Part shown: in pieces, positions 22,598 to 35,531 of the stretch
How positions within the stretch are numbered: the first letter of the stretch is position 1
Layout of the letters: each line of letters starts with the position of its first letter
DNA from: Neophaeotheca triangularis
Lineage: Eukaryota
Assembly: GCA_054600435.1 (NCBI GenBank)
Contig: BAAIJX010000097.1
Location: 1 to 46,699, forward strand
Direction: 5' to 3'
DNA length: 46,699 nucleotides
Position numbers and translations under genes: made by a program
Notes under the pieces: generated by a model
The model's database searches: none
What the model saw: the letters and a program-made list of their open reading frames with translations, nothing else
Told to the model about the DNA's origin: nothing

Positions 22598-23032
22598 TCA
22601 AACCCCCACACCCACCGCCTTCCGCAACTGCCTAGCCGTTGCCTCCGCCATCAAGGGTGCGATCCCCTGCCGCTCCAGAACCTGATAATTAGCCACCACA
22701 AACCGCATCAAATCAATCGGTTTCAAATGGCTGATAATCTGCAGCATCATTTCCACGGGCATCTTGAGCAGCGGGAAGAGATTCGGGATTTGCGTTTGCG
22801 TAGTGATGTAGCAGACGCGAGAGCGGGAGAGGGCGGGCGCCAGGCCGTTGGCGTGGAGGAGCGGGTAGTTTGCGAAGACGAAGTTTATGAAGGATTCTGG
22901 GGGGAGGAGGTCGACAATGTCGAGGATTAGTTCGGCCGGGAGGGAGTAGAAGGGGTGAGGAGGTGTCAGGGGTTGGGGTAGCGACTGGTTCGGGGTGGGT
23001 GGGATGTTTGGTGAGGACAGCAGTTCCAGCAT
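22598..23032 (-). CDS. Small protein with two F-box-like repeats
   Basis: Internal duplication FYSLPAELILDIVDLLPPESFINFVFANYPLL..NGLAP / LLKMPVEMMLQIISHLKPIDLMRFVVANYQVL..QGIAP. LPxEl..I...L is the F-box signature. ATG at 23032. Confidence 0.7.
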   Translation of the reverse strand: MLELLSSPNIPPTPNQSLPQPLTPPHPFYSLPAELILDIVDLLPPESFINFVFANYPLLHANGLAPALSRSRVCYITTQTQIPNLFPLLKMPVEMMLQIISHLKPIDLMRFVVANYQVLERQGIAPLMAEATARQLRKAVGVGV

Positions 23033-23062
23033 CGTGGTGGTGGGTTCTGTTTGAGGACGCAC

Positions 23063-23924
23063 TCAATCCGCGTGTTTCTTTGGCTCTGGCGTGGGTGTGA
23101 AGAGTCTCCAGATGTAGCCGGATAGAAACCAAGACAACGCGGCTAGAGCTAAGATGTACCCAGCCGTCGGTAATAGGGAACGAGGGAATACGTTCAGTAG
23201 GTATGGATCGAGGACTGCATTGAAAAAGTCAGCCACTGACAACAATAACAACACTTATCAGCGCACCCGTCACTCACTGATATCCACAGTCACGGGTGGC
23301 GGCTCTCGCATGAGCGTCTCGTTCGTCGAGTAAAAGTCGGCGGCAGCTTCGATACGCAGGAAGAGGACGCTCTCCTCAACAGCTTCCGGCAGAGTCGCTT
23401 CCACGTTATCAACGGGCGGCGTGAGTGGCGGCAGCTTCTGCCGGATTTCCGAGTATGCTGCTATACTCTGCACCAACTCTGGCGTATCGAAAGCCGTCTG
23501 GATATCAAAAACCTCGAGTTTGAAATTGGTCGGTTGCTTGGGAGTGTGTCAGTTACAGCATTGGGGAGAATGGTTGATGATATAAACTATAAAAACGTAC
23601 AGTAGCAGCCCAGCAAACCCTAACCTCGTACCTCTGTCCTTCTTTCAAAGTCCGGAGCAAATACCACGACTCGGCTCCGTTGATATCGTCTTCACCAGCA
23701 GGAAACTCAACTGAAATCGACGTCCGAATCGATGACCTTGTATGCGTGATAGTGTGCAGGCGCAAGTTGTCCAGACTTGGCGTGGTTTCCGGAAAGTGGA
23801 TGGCTTCCGGTGCTAGAAAGATGGCTTTTTCCGTGTTTGCACCGGCCAGAGGGATTCCAACGAGTAGCAACAATGCAGACAGCAGTGTCAGCAGGGAGTT
23901 GTTCCGGGCACGGTGTGGGCTCAT
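23063..23924 (-). CDS. Pga1-like ER membrane protein (GPI-mannosyltransferase II co-activator family); exons 23924-23601, 23536-23278, 23214-23063
   Basis: Signal peptide, then ANTEKAIF, SWYLL..L..GQRYEVRVCWAAT|QPTNF, LFLRIEAAADFY, VDI|ILDPYLLNVFPRSLLP and a C-terminal TM helix. Introns GTACGT..AAG (64 nt) and GTGAGT..CAG (63 nt). Confidence 0.75.
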
Positions 23925-26900
23925 GTTTGCGGCGAGTTTGGGAGCTTGTTGCTACAGAGAGACGGCGGCGGCGTGCGGTGGGCTTCACTTGCAAGCATCG
24001 CTAGGCGCTGGAGCAATGCTGTCCTGTGATGTCTTCGATTACAGCGCTGTCTTTGGCCAGTTGGAAAGTGGTAAGCAGTAAGGTAAGTGATGATGTGGAA
24101 CAGGTGTTCAGCTCTGGACGATGTCGTAGCAGGGGTCAGTGCGTTATGCGCCAAGACACGATCAACAAGGGACGGGACTTCACCTCATCGTGCTTCAAGC
24201 AGTCTTCTACACGCCTTCTATACGGCCTCGTATATACTGCACTTTCAATCAACGTCGTACTTAAATGAACAGTCGACATCCGAATAGTATGGATCTTCGT
24301 GATTATCAGAGGGCGTAGTGACCGCGATTCGAAGTAGAGACTGAAAAGGAGGTCCTTTGATGCTTCGTCAAATCCATGCATCGCAAATTCCGCAAGGGAC
24401 CACATGATGAGAACATGGCGTCTGCCAGACGGAGGATAGAGTTGTCGGACATGCGGTGGGAAAGCAAAGCAAGGACGATGCTTTTGGTGGGGCCAAGACT
24501 GGGTGACATTTGGTTGCTTGCTTTCTTTCTCTGATCCCGTTTCCCATATTTTATGCCTCATGTACTGGTTTTCTTTATTCGCTTTTGCGTCGGGAGGCAG
24601 TGGTATGCTCTCTTCCCTTGCGAGCATTATTCGCTCTAGCAACGACCATATCATACAAAGTTTTCAGGCTATTTTGTCAGAAAGATGCGTTGGTTGTAAA
24701 GGTAGTTATGAAGGTAGTTAAGGGGACATCACTTCACTTCTGGACTTTGCCCATACTTCCTTCGCGATGACACGTGACGCTTGGGCCGGCTCCGGAGCCC
24801 ATAGAATCACGTCCACAGCAACAACATTTGCTTCCTCCTCGCCAGCGTCCACCGAACTGCAAACTGAAACCAAGACAACGCTTTCCGGCCTCGAGAGTAC
24901 CTCCAACCTCAAGCTAGAGCAGATACGCACCTACCTCCACCTTTGCCATCGGCCGCGATTTAGCCCCTCAGGCCCTGAGACCGCTACCGTCATGAACCAA
25001 GTCTTCGCCGGGGTATTCGGAGAAGCCTGGAATCCAGACGGTCTGCAGTACGACAGAATTGGCGCTGCGTGGCGGGCGAGCAATGAGGGGGGAAGAATCG
25101 CACAGCTGTGGGCCAATGTCAAGGCCTAGCCGCCAATGGTCCATCTGGTGATGCGCAGAGGGCAGAGGTCGCGAGAAGTGAGGCCAATAGCGACCGTTAG
25201 CAGAGGCAGCCGACTAAGCCCAGGAGATGCCACTAGTCCACTAACGCTTCCCAACGAGTAAGCAGAGTCGCAACTGGCGGAGAAATGATTGAGCCTCACA
25301 CATCATCGCCGCTGCCATTCGAAGTGTGCTTTGGTGTCTACGTCCTTGTCGGGGCCGGACGGTACTTTGAGGAGTTGACCGAGGTGCAGCACACCTGCGT
25401 GTTCAACCACCTTTACCACTCAAACACCCCGAGGCGGACAAACGACGTCATCGAGCGTGCTCTTCTGGACAATCTCACAAAGCGCCCTGAAGCCGGCGTA
25501 TGGAAGAATGCCCACAAGCTTTCCCGAACGAACGCATGACAGCGTGAAAAAGCCAAGGCCGTGAGCAAGATCAAAGAAGCGATGTAGACGTCAGCTTACC
25601 ACAAGCCCATCTCGAGTCGCACAGCGGTCGCAAACGGGGTGGAGTATTGCAGAGGACACCACCGCCGCGACATCGACTTCCACGACCGAGAACAGCGCCC
25701 GTACCTGCTCCCCAAGACCAACCTCGAAAACAAAGGCCGCGCAGAGCCAGTCCCGCCGCAATCAGACTTACTTCAACAACGCGAGAGCTGCATCGCATCT
25801 TGCTGGGCGCAGAGGAGGCCGCTGGACCCCCACGACTCAGAGATATCATCCTCTGCTGCCGCGTTGACGTGCACCACCTGCGAGATCGAAGCTCAAGAGG
25901 CCGTGGCGAATGGCACGCGAAGCGCCATTCGCACACGCAGGGACCCTGGGCAAGAAGGGGAGCAAGTTCTTGTTCCGCCCTAAGGCCGGTCCCGCCTATT
26001 ACCTGTCGGGAGTGTATTCCGGCATCGTTTGCGGTTGGCTGCGAGGTATACTGCGTCGACGGCGGGATGCAAGCGGTCTACGTCTGTAGCCCAGATGAGT
26101 GCGAAGATTGCGACGGCGAGGTGATTCAGGGGCGGGCTGGTTGTTGAGAAATGAGCGGGGAGAGTTGGAGGGAGGGGATAAGGAGAAAGAATGGGTATTG
26201 CATGTTGGTAGACTGGATGATGACTCGATACTCGACACTGATGCAGCGTTGGCGCTCTGAGGTTGTGTAACTTGTGTTGCTGGGAGTTTCGGTGCTTGGC
26301 AACCGGTGCGGCAGTGGCTAATCTTTTTCAAGGCTTTGGGCCTACAATGGTTGGCGCAGGTGAAACTCAGCTCGACCTGCACAATCAGGCTTGGTTCAGA
26401 TGGTCTCAGGAGTGGTCGACTGAGCTGCGTCCGGAGGACTTGTGCGACGATGCGACGCTTGTGAATTAGTGTCTATAGAGGCCTGCTCGCGCGCGAACTG
26501 GCTTTTATTGACCGCTTCATATGAGCATATATTATCCCTTTTTTTTTCTGGTTCTTTTCAAAAATATTCTAGTCCAAGGCTATGCGAGGCACAGCGTGTG
26601 CAACGATGTCGCATCGACGAGGAACCCCATCCTACAGAATCGGAGAGCTTGCTCGGTAGCACGCCAATGAGAGGTCAAAAGGCAACGAAAACTTCACAAA
26701 AAGTCGTCTCGCGAGTCTCTTTCCAAGACTGGTGTCAAGAGGAAGTTTTCCGCCGACCTAGATGATTGCGACCAGAAACCACGAGCGTCGTCACTGCGGG
26801 TCTGACCAGAACTTCGAGTATCAATTCTAAGCACCAACAACAGCAAGCCCAGAGCCTGGCGAAACTTCGACATTCACTTTCGACACCATCTTCATGTTTT

Positions 26901-28958
26901 GCATCTTTGCCGAGTTCTATACTTACTTCGAAAACTTGACAGAAATTCGGTGCAGACAAGCCCCTAAGGTGGCCGAGTCGAATCTACTCAACAGCTCGAT
27001 CGAGGGAGTGGAAGGCAGACATCTGGCGCGAGATGCAGAAGTTCTTCTGGATTGAGAGGGGCAAGTTGGAGTAGGCAGGCATTGTCGAGGAGCTCGAAGA
27101 CGCGGTCCATACGCTTGGCTGCTCCAAATCGTTCGAGAGTCGCAAGGCTGCGGCGGCGGAATACCCCAGATATTGCACCGTCAAGATGTCGCTTTCGACG
27201 ACGAATAGCAGCTTTTGTGCTTAGTGGGCATTCCAACCTCCAGTAACGGGGCGGACAGATCTGTCGGTCCGCACTCGAAAACCTACCAGCACGGCGGTGA
27301 GATGCGGCGCATCCTTGTCGGCCAGGGAGAAGGCGAGATGTCTCGCTTACAAGACGTCGATTCTTTGTTGCGAATTGAGCTGCAGCAAGTGCGGACATTA
27401 CCATTCGAGCCTTCGGGCCACTACTGCCCCCTTGGTTCATAGCAAGAATTTTGTTTCAAAGTGCAAGAAACTACTCTTCCATCCTCCCGTAGGTCCAGTT
27501 GACGGAAACAAGACGCCCGGAGCCTTCCAGAGAGGCAAGCCGCACACGGTCGGTCGCGTTCACCGATGGAGTTGTGCAAGGAGTGTGGGTCTGCGTGGCA
27601 GGAAAATGCGCCGAGTGCAAAGCGAAAGGCATTGGAGGACGTGTTGTGGTCCTTGTGGACTCGGCGGATTGATAAGAATAATATTGAAGCGGAGCTCGGA
27701 TTGGCATTCAAGGCAAGAGTTCGCTTCAATCTCGGGGGTAAAATAAAAACGGGCAGGTGTGCTGTGGTGACGCTCTTTTTGCATTATTGACAATCGGGGG
27801 CTTTAGTGAAGGGTAGATGGAGGCGAGGCCGCGAGCACCGTCACGTCCGCGAAGAAAGTCGGCACTTGGGTAAGGAAGGGAAGATATCTGACAGCTGTTG
27901 CGAAGTGTCTTGACTCGGACTCGGACGTTTGAGCGTTTTATCAAAGGCAAGATGGCTGTCTCTGCCCAATTGTGCGCGTTCGTATGAGGGCAGAAAGGTA
28001 GTCGCCCGGGTAGGAGGTACTACTAGGCAGCAGGATCGTTGGTACGGGTCAGAAAAAGAGTTGCAATTGCGTAGATGAGACCCATATTGGCAACACGTGC
28101 CAAGGCACCCGCTAGAATGCTGATTGCTGACTGGCTGCTCACGGGTCAACCGTTTGGAGATCACGAAACCTTGAAATAAATAGCACAAGGATGATAATAA
28201 TAATACCTAAATTACTCATGCCCACCTGGGCAGGTGGTGACGATCAACGTTCACGCAGAACCACCTGGGCACGCTTATATCAGTAATTATGGGGTTGAAA
28301 AACTCAAAAGGGCTCACATCTGTGCTATATCGGGATTAGCGCGGCGTACAACAGGGCTGCATCGTCTTGGCCGAAAATAACCATTGACAGGTGCCGGATA
28401 CGCGCATTTGGTGTTACTAGTACCTCCCTGGTTAGTACTTAGTAGCGATGATGCTAGCCATTTTTAGTCTTTGACCTTTTGCAGAGCTTGCCCTGATGAT
28501 GATGAGAGACGTCGGCAAGTCGGGTGCCATTCTGTCTGCCCTCGTCTGCTGATAACGTTATTGGCATCAACCTCTTCCAAAGCTCCGCGCGGCAGAGTGT
28601 GCCTGGCGGCTCGGGTGTGGATTCCTCAAGCTCATCATACCCAAGACCTTACCTTCGATACTACCCAACCTACCTACCTACTTAGCCTCTACCTAAGGTA
28701 GACGGGTTCGGTAGTCGGTATTCCCGCGTGGCGGTCCCACGGTCAAACCTTGACAATATGCGTCAGCAGCGTCACTGCTACTAACTTAATGCCAGAGCTA
28801 GGTACGCCGGTTTTTAATAGGGAAAAGCCCCCCGTCGACACGGTGCCCAGTGTCGCTCACTCTAATACCCAAACGGTAGGAACAATCCCATCGAGGCCCC
28901 TGGATACTACACGTTTAGACCTCCCTCAACCCTCCCACCTTCTTATCTATATTCAGCA

Positions 28959-31339
28959 ATGTCGCAAGGACGGGTTCTATTCGTCGACGCCTACGACTCG
29001 TTCTCCAACAACATCATTAACCTGCTCAAGGACCAATTGGCAGTGGAAGTTGCCTCGGTCAGAATAGACGACCCTAGATTCATCTCCGACAACAAAGCAT
29101 GGCTCGACTTCCTCAGCGGCTTCGATGGAGTAGTGGCTGGTCCAGGGCCCGGACACCCTGCTAATGCCGGCGACATTGGACTGATAGCAAGTCTTTGGGA
29201 CTTACCAGAAGACCACATGCTCCCAGTTCTCGGCATCTGCCTTGGTTTCCAGAGTCTGGCCATGAACTTGGGAGCGACGGTCGAGCGATTGCTGGAGCCG
29301 CGACACGGCCTCATCACCCAAATTTCTCACGGTGGGCGCGATGTGTTTGTCGACACAGGGGATGTGCGGAGCACGCAATACCACTCGCTGAGGGCAGAGA
29401 CTGGCCACCCTTCGCCACGAGATGTCAAGTCCCTCTGGACACCTTCGAAGCAATGCGCTGACATGTTGCCCCTTGCTTGGGATTTGAGTGATGACTTGAA
29501 CGGCCCAATCTTAATGTCAATCAGGCATTGCCACAAGCCACTTTGGGGAATGCAGAACCATCCAGAGTCTATCTGCACAAATGCCGAAGGTCACAAGATT
29601 ATCAGCAATTGGTGGCTGGCAGCTCAGCAATTCAACAAAACGGAACGTTCAAGGCCACTCCAAAGCGCGCCCGCCGTCCCCTTGAAGAAGCCACAACCAA
29701 TGGAAACGTACCCTCGGGAGTTGACCAGGGAAATCACACCGCCCAGAAATGGCCAAGATGCATTTGTCGATCAAGTACAGTGCCTGTCTTTTGCTGTCGA
29801 AACTGGCATCAACGCTGCTGCCATTGCGGAGCTCTCCCACTCGCAAGAGCAAGAACCCATCCTGCTAGAATCTGGCACCAGGGACGGCAAGCCTCTCAAC
29901 CCAGGAACCGGGCGGTATAGCATCTTGGGCCTTCAAGACAACTCGTCTCTCCGTGTCCGATATTCATGCGCCAACCACACCATCAAAGTCGAAGCAAATG
30001 GATCCGTCGCTTACGAGAGGGAGGCTTCGATTAGCCATGTCTTCGATTTGCTCGATGAAATCATGAAAGAGCACAGGATAAACCACGGACCGGCTGATAC
30101 TCCGTTCTGGGGTGGCCTGGTAGGATTCGTCTCGTACGAGGCTGGTCTTGAGACATTGGACGTCACAACCGACCTCCAGGCCTCCGCGCCAGCCGATGTC
30201 TGGTTCGTTTTCGTCGAAAGAAGCGTCGTCATTGACCACGTGGAGGGGGTTGTTCACGTACAGTCTATTCGCTCACGCAATGACACCGAGTGGCTGCATG
30301 CCACTAGGGACGGTATCATTGCCGCTGCAAAGCGTGAGGGACTCTCCAAACCCAAGAGTGCCCCGGCTAGCGACCCCTCGGCCTCCGTAATCTCCGAGCC
30401 TGCGAAGAGCGACTACTGCCACAAGGTCAGGCAATGCCAAGAATGTCTCCGAGCTGGCGAGTCTTACGAGCTCTGCTTGACGGGCCAAACGCAAATCGCC
30501 AACACAGAGCATTCCTGGTCGATGTACCGGAGATTGCGAGACTCGAACCCGGCTCCGTTTGGCGCCTACATGCATCTCAAGTCCACATCAGCGGACGACA
30601 TTGGCCTCTCCATCGTAAGCAGCAGCCCCGAGAGATTCCTCTCCTGGTCCCGCGAAGGAAAGTGTGAATTCAGACCCATCAAAGGCACCGTCAAGAAGAC
30701 GCCAGAGATGACCCGCGAGAAAGCCGAAGCAATCCTGTCGAGCAGCAAAGAGCAAGCCGAGAACCTCATGATCGTCGACCTAATCAGACACGATCTGAGC
30801 AGCGTCAAGGGGTTCGTACCAACCATTCCCCTTCCCAATACCTCCTCACTAACATCCCTTCCAGAATCCGCGACGTCGCCGTCCCAAAGCTCATGACGGT
30901 GGAAGAGTACGAAACCGTCTTCCAGCTCGTCTCAGTAATCCAAGGCCAACTCCCCACTCCCACACCCTTCGCACCAAAGCCCCAAACCCCCCTCGACCCC
31001 TCCCGCAGAGACACTTCCGGCATCGACGTCCTCAAATGCTCGCTCCCGCCGGGCTCCATGACAGGCGCGCCCAAGAAGCGCTCCTGCGAGCTCCTGCAGT
31101 CACTCGAAGACCACAAGGCGCGTGGCATCTACAGCGGCGTTCTCGGCTACATGGACGTTGGCGGCGGCGGCGATTTCTCCGTCGTCATCCGCACGGCTTT
31201 CAAGTGGGACGGTGCGGATGAGCCGTGGCGCATCGGCGCCGGTGGCGCCGTTACCGTGCTCAGTGACGATGTGGCCGAGTTTGAGGAGATGGAGACGAAG
31301 CGCGAGAGGCTTGTTTCATTGTTTGCGCCCGGGAACTAA
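28959..31339 (+). CDS. ABZ1: Aminodeoxychorismate synthase (PabA-PabB fusion); intron 30812-30864
   Basis: GATase domain (DAYDSF, GPGPGHP, GICLGFQ, YHSL, HPES) plus chorismate-binding domain (GESYELCLT, NPAPF, SSPERFL, PIKGT, KEQAENLMIVDLIRHDL, PPGSMTGAPKKR, RGIYSG, IRT, GAGGAVT). A 53-nt intron GTTCGT..ACTAAC..CAG joins the two ORFs. Confidence 0.96.
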
Positions 31340-32811
31340 CGGAGAGCGGGTTTTTGAGTCTTGAGGTTTCATGTTTGGTACATCACTAGCACTGCGTGGG
31401 GGTCTGCGTCGTCGACTGGAGGGCCTGTCGAGTTGCTTAGCTCAGGAGTTTGTGGGAATTTTTGGAGTTCGGTGAGCAGTTTTCCTTTTGGGTATGGGTG
31501 GCGATCCGATGGAGTCATGGCAAACATGGGATCTTGGAAAGGCTTTTTTGAGTCGGACTTCGCGCGGGGGGATTTAGAACGAAAGCCGATGGCGTCTTTT
31601 CTTTTTCTGAGCGGAAAGGTCCCATCATACACCATTAGTACTGCAGGTATAATTCAGCTATCGAAGAACATGTCGACGTCTTTATGTGCCTAGCCACTGA
31701 GGAACCACTGCCCCAGCTCGCGAGACCGCCATCGATGAGGCACCGGCTTGGGAATTCGAAACCCGGTTCTGGACGTCGTTCCGGGCAACGGACCCCCAGA
31801 AGATCAGAGAGGAGGGGGGTTGGGGACGGTAGTGACAGCGCCTCCATTAAAGCATAGCCGGGAGACACCAGACCGCAAGATGCAGGTCAAACACCAGCCT
31901 GATACTGATGTCGGTTCCGCCGGGAAGGGCTTTCTGCCACAAAAGCGCTGGGGGAGTGGGTTTTAGACACCCAGAAAATCTAAAGGAGGCGGTGCCTTCA
32001 CCAAGGCGTAGCTGGGAGGCATCAGACCGCAAGACCCAGGGTTAAATGCCAGCCCTGGTGTTGAAGTCATTCTCGCCGAGAAGGGGGGCCCAACGCAGAA
32101 AGTACCGGAAGATTGGGTCTTGGATGCTTCCCCGGGCGGCGATGGTTATGATATTCCCGGGTAGAAGTTCCGTGGCGAAGCATGGCCGGCGATGGTATAG
32201 TAGGTGGGTTGTTTGGGGTCGGGCGAGCCGGGTCTGGGTCTTCTTGCTGCTGCTGCGGCGACGGCGGCGTGGATCACGATTGTCACGATCTACGCCTGCT
32301 TGTCGTCTGTCCTGTCCGTTTTGGTTTCTTGCTGCGTTTGATGTCATGTGTTAACTGTCCATGGCCGTGAGGAAGCTTGGTCCAAGCGGACTGCGGTGCG
32401 ACCTCACAGTCGACGCCATCTCTTATATTCATGCATTGCTACGGTACAGTAATGGGAAGTAGCTTCATTGGATTTCCTTCATTCCGGTCTTCCTTTTCTC
32501 GCCATTCCCCCACTCCCAAAAAAATAAAGGATTCGCAGAGGCCCACTGTCCCTGTCCCTGCCTTGGCCGGCTTGTCGTTTGCTCACCACCCACAACCCCA
32601 CACGCGCGCCAGCCTTTAATTCTCCTGGAATCCGAACCCTGCAATCACATGGCGACACAGCCGAACACGAGGACCACCGCTGCGCCTACGGTGCTGGGTA
32701 ACGCATGACAAGCAAAGGCCAGACGGAGCTTTACTTTCATGTTTTCCTCTTGCTACTTGCAAGCGTCGCCGGCGTCTGTGGGAGGCTTTGCTAAGGTCGG
32801 AAAGTAAGTGG

Positions 32812-35531
32812 TTACGCTAAAGGGCTGGAACAGTTGGTTGGGAGAGACTCACGTCGGTTGTGTTGATCAGGCTGCGGATCGTGGTGCGGGGAATCGTTGG
32901 GACTGCGAGTGTTGGCATTGCTGCCCTTTGCACGACTGGCGTCGAGGTAAACGTGCTTTTCCGCTGGAGTGATCAGTGGCTGGTCCCGGGGATTGGTAGA
33001 CACCGTGGCAGCGGGACTGGGATGTGTATATCGTGGGTCATCGGGGTGCGGGACGCCAAGTTGGTCTCTCCTTGGGTCTTCCATGGCCATTTGGTCTATT
33101 GGGTCGTCCAGCTGTCATCAGACCGGTCTTCCCTTGGGTCTCTCGTCTGGTACGGATCATGTAGTCGATACTGAGAATCCCTCACAGCTGCACTGCTGTC
33201 ATCTGCTGGCTGCGACATTGGTACGTAGTAGTTTCCCGGTCTCACATATCCAGGTGGAGGTCCGTCAATGCTTCCAGGAGCAGTGGCATATCCTGAGTCC
33301 GGTTGGAAACTCGAGGTCATTGGCGGCCTTCCATAACTCATTTGCGATCTTCCATCCGGATACCTCGGATCAACGTTAGTACCAATGTTAATGGGATGGC
33401 TACGAAATTCGGCCTGTGGATCCATAGAGTATCGAGGATCTCTTTGCTGATCCCTCGGATCTCTAGGGTCTGGAGCATACTGGCGCGCATCTGGCTGACT
33501 CGAATATCTCGAAGGGGGACGATCGTGATAAGTAGGCGGATACTCTCGGGGATCGAGTGATTCTTGCACTGAGTGTCGGCCCCAAACAGACGCCTTGTGT
33601 GTTGCGGATCCAACGTAGGGCTCTGTGGATGAGTTTAGCTTAGGTCCTTCGCTCGAGTAGCATAAGCATGTCCTTACCTCTCGTCCCAGTAACTCTCTGC
33701 TCTTGTCTCCACCGAGCTGAGTCCCGTTTGAGGTCTGCGATCATATCCTATAGGTTGCTTCAGCACGTGTAAGAACGTGGTGTGAGTTCGTATTCTTACA
33801 GTTGTCAGATTCCGGTGTGCTTTGATCCAGTAGCCTTGGAAGTTCTATTGGAACCTGGTCAGTGCTGTGTCACATTTGATCATCTCAAAGTCCCAGCTTC
33901 ACCTCGTAACTGCCATTGCCCATACCGGGCCTTGCGGTCGCATTATCTCCGAGATATCTTTGGACGTCTGCAGAGATGACATGCTGGTCAATGCCTTCTC
34001 CAGGAACAAACCATTGCCTCGAAAGTTGGCCGCTGCTCGTATCGTGCGTGGATGTATAACTCGAATGAGACGACTGAGCGAGGCGAGCTTGCAGGCCCAT
34101 TTGCTCCAAAGGCGATAGGATCTGTTGTGCGTCGGTAGGTGCGGGGACGCAATCAATAGCACGCTTCCGTCGCTCGGCCTCCGCGCCGTGCTCCGTGAGC
34201 ACAATCATGGCCAGTTCTTCCAGATGGCGTCCAACGTGCTTTGAGTAAAGCGATGCTGATTTAGTCGTCCACTGGCATAAGGGGCATGTATGAGCTGGCC
34301 AGTGAATTGATGTTTGAGGAGAGTTGGCGGCGATAGCCTCTATCACTCCTGGGTCCATGGATTGATCATGATGTTCTCGAATGTGAGTCTTCAGCGAATC
34401 AAGAAACATCCGTGGCGAATCCCCCAAGGGCGCACATCGATAAGGACATGCATACAATACGTTGTGGTGCACATCGTGATGTCGCATCCAGTCCCTCCGT
34501 TGATAGAATGACCCACTCTCGCACCCTTCGACAAGGCAGACATAGGGGGGCACATCTTCAAAAACGTGCCGCCGCCAGTCATCCGCAGTCTGTGCAACGA
34601 TGATGCTGTAACAAAGTGGACATTCGAATGGCTCGCCAAATTGCGCAGCTTCCGGCCATGTCGGAAAGCCTAGTCTGTTGGCTCCTGACAATGATTCTGC
34701 GTACGATGTCATCTCAGCATCGTAAAGGGCATCCTCACTTCTCTGACTGGCAGAACCGATTTCTTCGGTGTCTTGCTCCGCCAAAGAAGCCCTCTCCGAC
34801 GAAGCAACGAGAACGTTCGAGTCCTCCTTTTCATCTTGAACTTCTTCATCAAGACCAGCCCTTGATTGCGTGTGACGAAGCTCGCAAAATTGCAGGTACT
34901 GTCTTTTCTTGGAAACGGTTTTAGCCAGCCGCTGTTGGAGGTAACTTGGCGCCTGCGGGAAGATTTTGGCAACGTATGAAATTTCCAAGTGCCCCAGCCC
35001 GTGTATGTGAGCCGGGAGTGCCACTACTGCTTGGTCGTGTCGAGCTGGTCGCCGAAGTGCCATGGAAAAGCGCAAAAGGCAGCTGATGATCTCTTTGACT
35101 TCATCCAAAGGACTTTTGAAAGGGACAAGATCGGTGTCGCTCTCACTCTCACTGATCTCGAATCTCTCATCATCATGGAAATCATCATCCTCCTTGTGGA
35201 TCGTGCCCTGAGTTCCTCTCTTGACAGAAGCCGCGCCTTTCTGAGGTGCGTCTTCATCTGACATCAGCTTTTTCAGATTTTCCAGAGCATCTGACAAGTC
35301 TTGCAGAAGATTCAAAACCATCCTCTGAAGGTTTGTGGAATCTCTGAGTCGATACTCCAACGAAATTCGACAATGGGCAGGTCTGTGAGCAGCGATGTTG
35401 CTCGTCCACACCCTGAACCGACCTATCTGATCATCGATTTCGCGCCAGTGAAGGGTGTCGCGAAGCTGGGTGAACGTGTTCAGGCATATTTGCACGAGTG
35501 GGGGTATTTTGCCTCTACCTGGTCTCTCCAT
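32812..35531 (-). CDS. Chimeric protein: fungal N-terminal helical domain + C2H2 zinc fingers + RfeG-like module; exons 35531-33903, 33844-33800, 33747-33678, 33622-33096, with an out-of-frame continuation to about 32812
   Basis: N-terminal GRFRVWTSNIAAH...SLEYRLRD; zinc fingers FECPLC..WRRHVFED..PYVC..C..W..H...H and CPLC..HVGRHLEELA. Then QWFVPGEGIDQHVISADVQRYLGDNATARPG|NFQGYWIKAHRNLTT|DMIADLKRDSARWRQE|EPY and a DPR-rich tail. Three canonical introns were verified in frame. Alternative start ATG at 35681. Confidence 0.75.

Noticed and set aside
11096..31339. fdh and ABZ1 as a one-carbon/folate gene cluster
   Set aside because: They are over 16 kb apart and separated by unrelated trafficking genes; no evidence of co-regulation.
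31369..32354. Short minus-strand ORFs downstream of ABZ1
   Set aside because: Fragmented, low-information sequence with no motif; possibly a decayed gene but unsupported.
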